Of a stretch of DNA of 64,000 nt, positions 63,321 to 64,000 are shown piece by piece. Every line of letters begins with the position of its first letter. Within the stretch, counting starts at the first letter, position 1. The stretch lies in NCBI RefSeq assembly GCF_009914755.1, contig NC_060929.1; one strand, written 5' to 3'. Position numbers and translations under genes: made by a program. Below the pieces are notes generated by a model, which had not been told where the DNA came from, did not search any database, and saw only the letters and a list, made by a program, of their open reading frames with translations. Source of the stretch: the human T2T-CHM13v2.0 reference genome, Homo sapiens.

Positions 63321-63522
63321 CAATGTTTCTCATTTATGATCAGGTTATGTACTGATAAACCCAAAATATTTTAAAGTAGAAAGTGCATTTTTGGCATATG
63401 ATATTTTCAATTTACAATGGGTTTGTTTGGACGTAGCCCATGGCAAATCAAGGAGCATGCTTTCACACCATCATAAAGTCAAAAAGTTCTAAGTCAAACC
63501 ATCTTCAGTCAGGGACCATCTA
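63321..63522. mobile_element. MER47/Tigger5-type short element with fold-back 5' end
   Basis: 3' end gctttcacaccatcataaagtcaaaaa...agtcagggaccatct; 5' end followed by its own inverted copy. Confidence 0.7.
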
Positions 63523-63865
63523 TATGGGCAATAGTTTTACCATCAGATGGAAAGACTACATGGAGAAAATTATACCTACTTTTCCTACCCTAGTATTTCC
63601 TTTAATAGCCTAATGATAAGGTTCATCAGAGAGCTTATTAATTATGCAGAATACCAGATTCTTTCCTGCAAATTACAACCTCAGTAGGTCTGAGATTCAG
63701 AAGAAAATTAGTGATTTTTGAAACAGCTCCATATGATTTTTATCTTCTACAAGTTGAAAAACTCTTCATAGGAATGTTTGGCTGATCAGGTCTGACATTG
63801 CATGTGAGAGTATCAAAGCAAAAACTGATGGAGACAAAGTGTAATTAATTAAATTAAATTAATTA

Positions 63866-64000
63866 TTTTTTCTTTCCAACTTTTATTTTAGAATCAGGAA
63901 GTACCTGTGCAGGTTTGTTACAGAAGCATATTGCATGATACTGAGGTTTGGATTATGATGGAACTCATTAGCTTGGTAAAGAGCTAAGTACCCAATGGGC
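63866..64000 (-). mobile_element. L1PA/L1PB 3' end (runs off window)
   Basis: ccaacttttattttaga.tcagg..gtac.tgtgcaggtttgttac...attgcatgatactgaggtttgg. Confidence 0.85.

Noticed and set aside
42000-64000. Coding exons of a second gene downstream of LVRN
   Set aside because: I found no recognisable coding exon on either strand; short or non-coding exons cannot be excluded.

Overview
This is primate (very probably human) genomic DNA, not microbial, so most ORFs in the six-frame track are spurious or repeat-derived. The window holds the 3' two-thirds of LVRN (laeverin / aminopeptidase Q, M1 zinc aminopeptidase) on the + strand. I reconstructed 17 coding exons (exons 4-20 by recalled human numbering) from 2211 to the TAG at 40497-40499. 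They join in frame to 1995 nt, i.e. 664 aa plus stop, which is residues 327-990 if the protein is 990 aa. The product carries HAMEN, HEIGH(18x)E and the catalytic Tyr, and the gene ends with an AATAAA at 41963. The rest is intronic or intergenic DNA with Alus, L1/L2/MIR fragments, MaLR and ERV1 LTRs and many Tc1/mariner-type fossils (full-length Tigger1, Tigger3, MER44, MER47, MADE1). I see no new multi-gene system. The best leads are: (1) a candidate in-frame 15-nt microexon in intron 18; (2) a GC-AG intron splitting the zinc ligands; (3) a near-perfect 58-bp inverted repeat inside a templated-insertion-like junction at ~54.6-54.8 kb; (4) a MER44 fossil with an inverted core, AP-1/CRE sites and a splice donor; (5) inverted Alus bracketing a stop-free 663-nt exon block. 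Repeat family names and exon/residue numbers come from recalled consensus sequences, not from searches.
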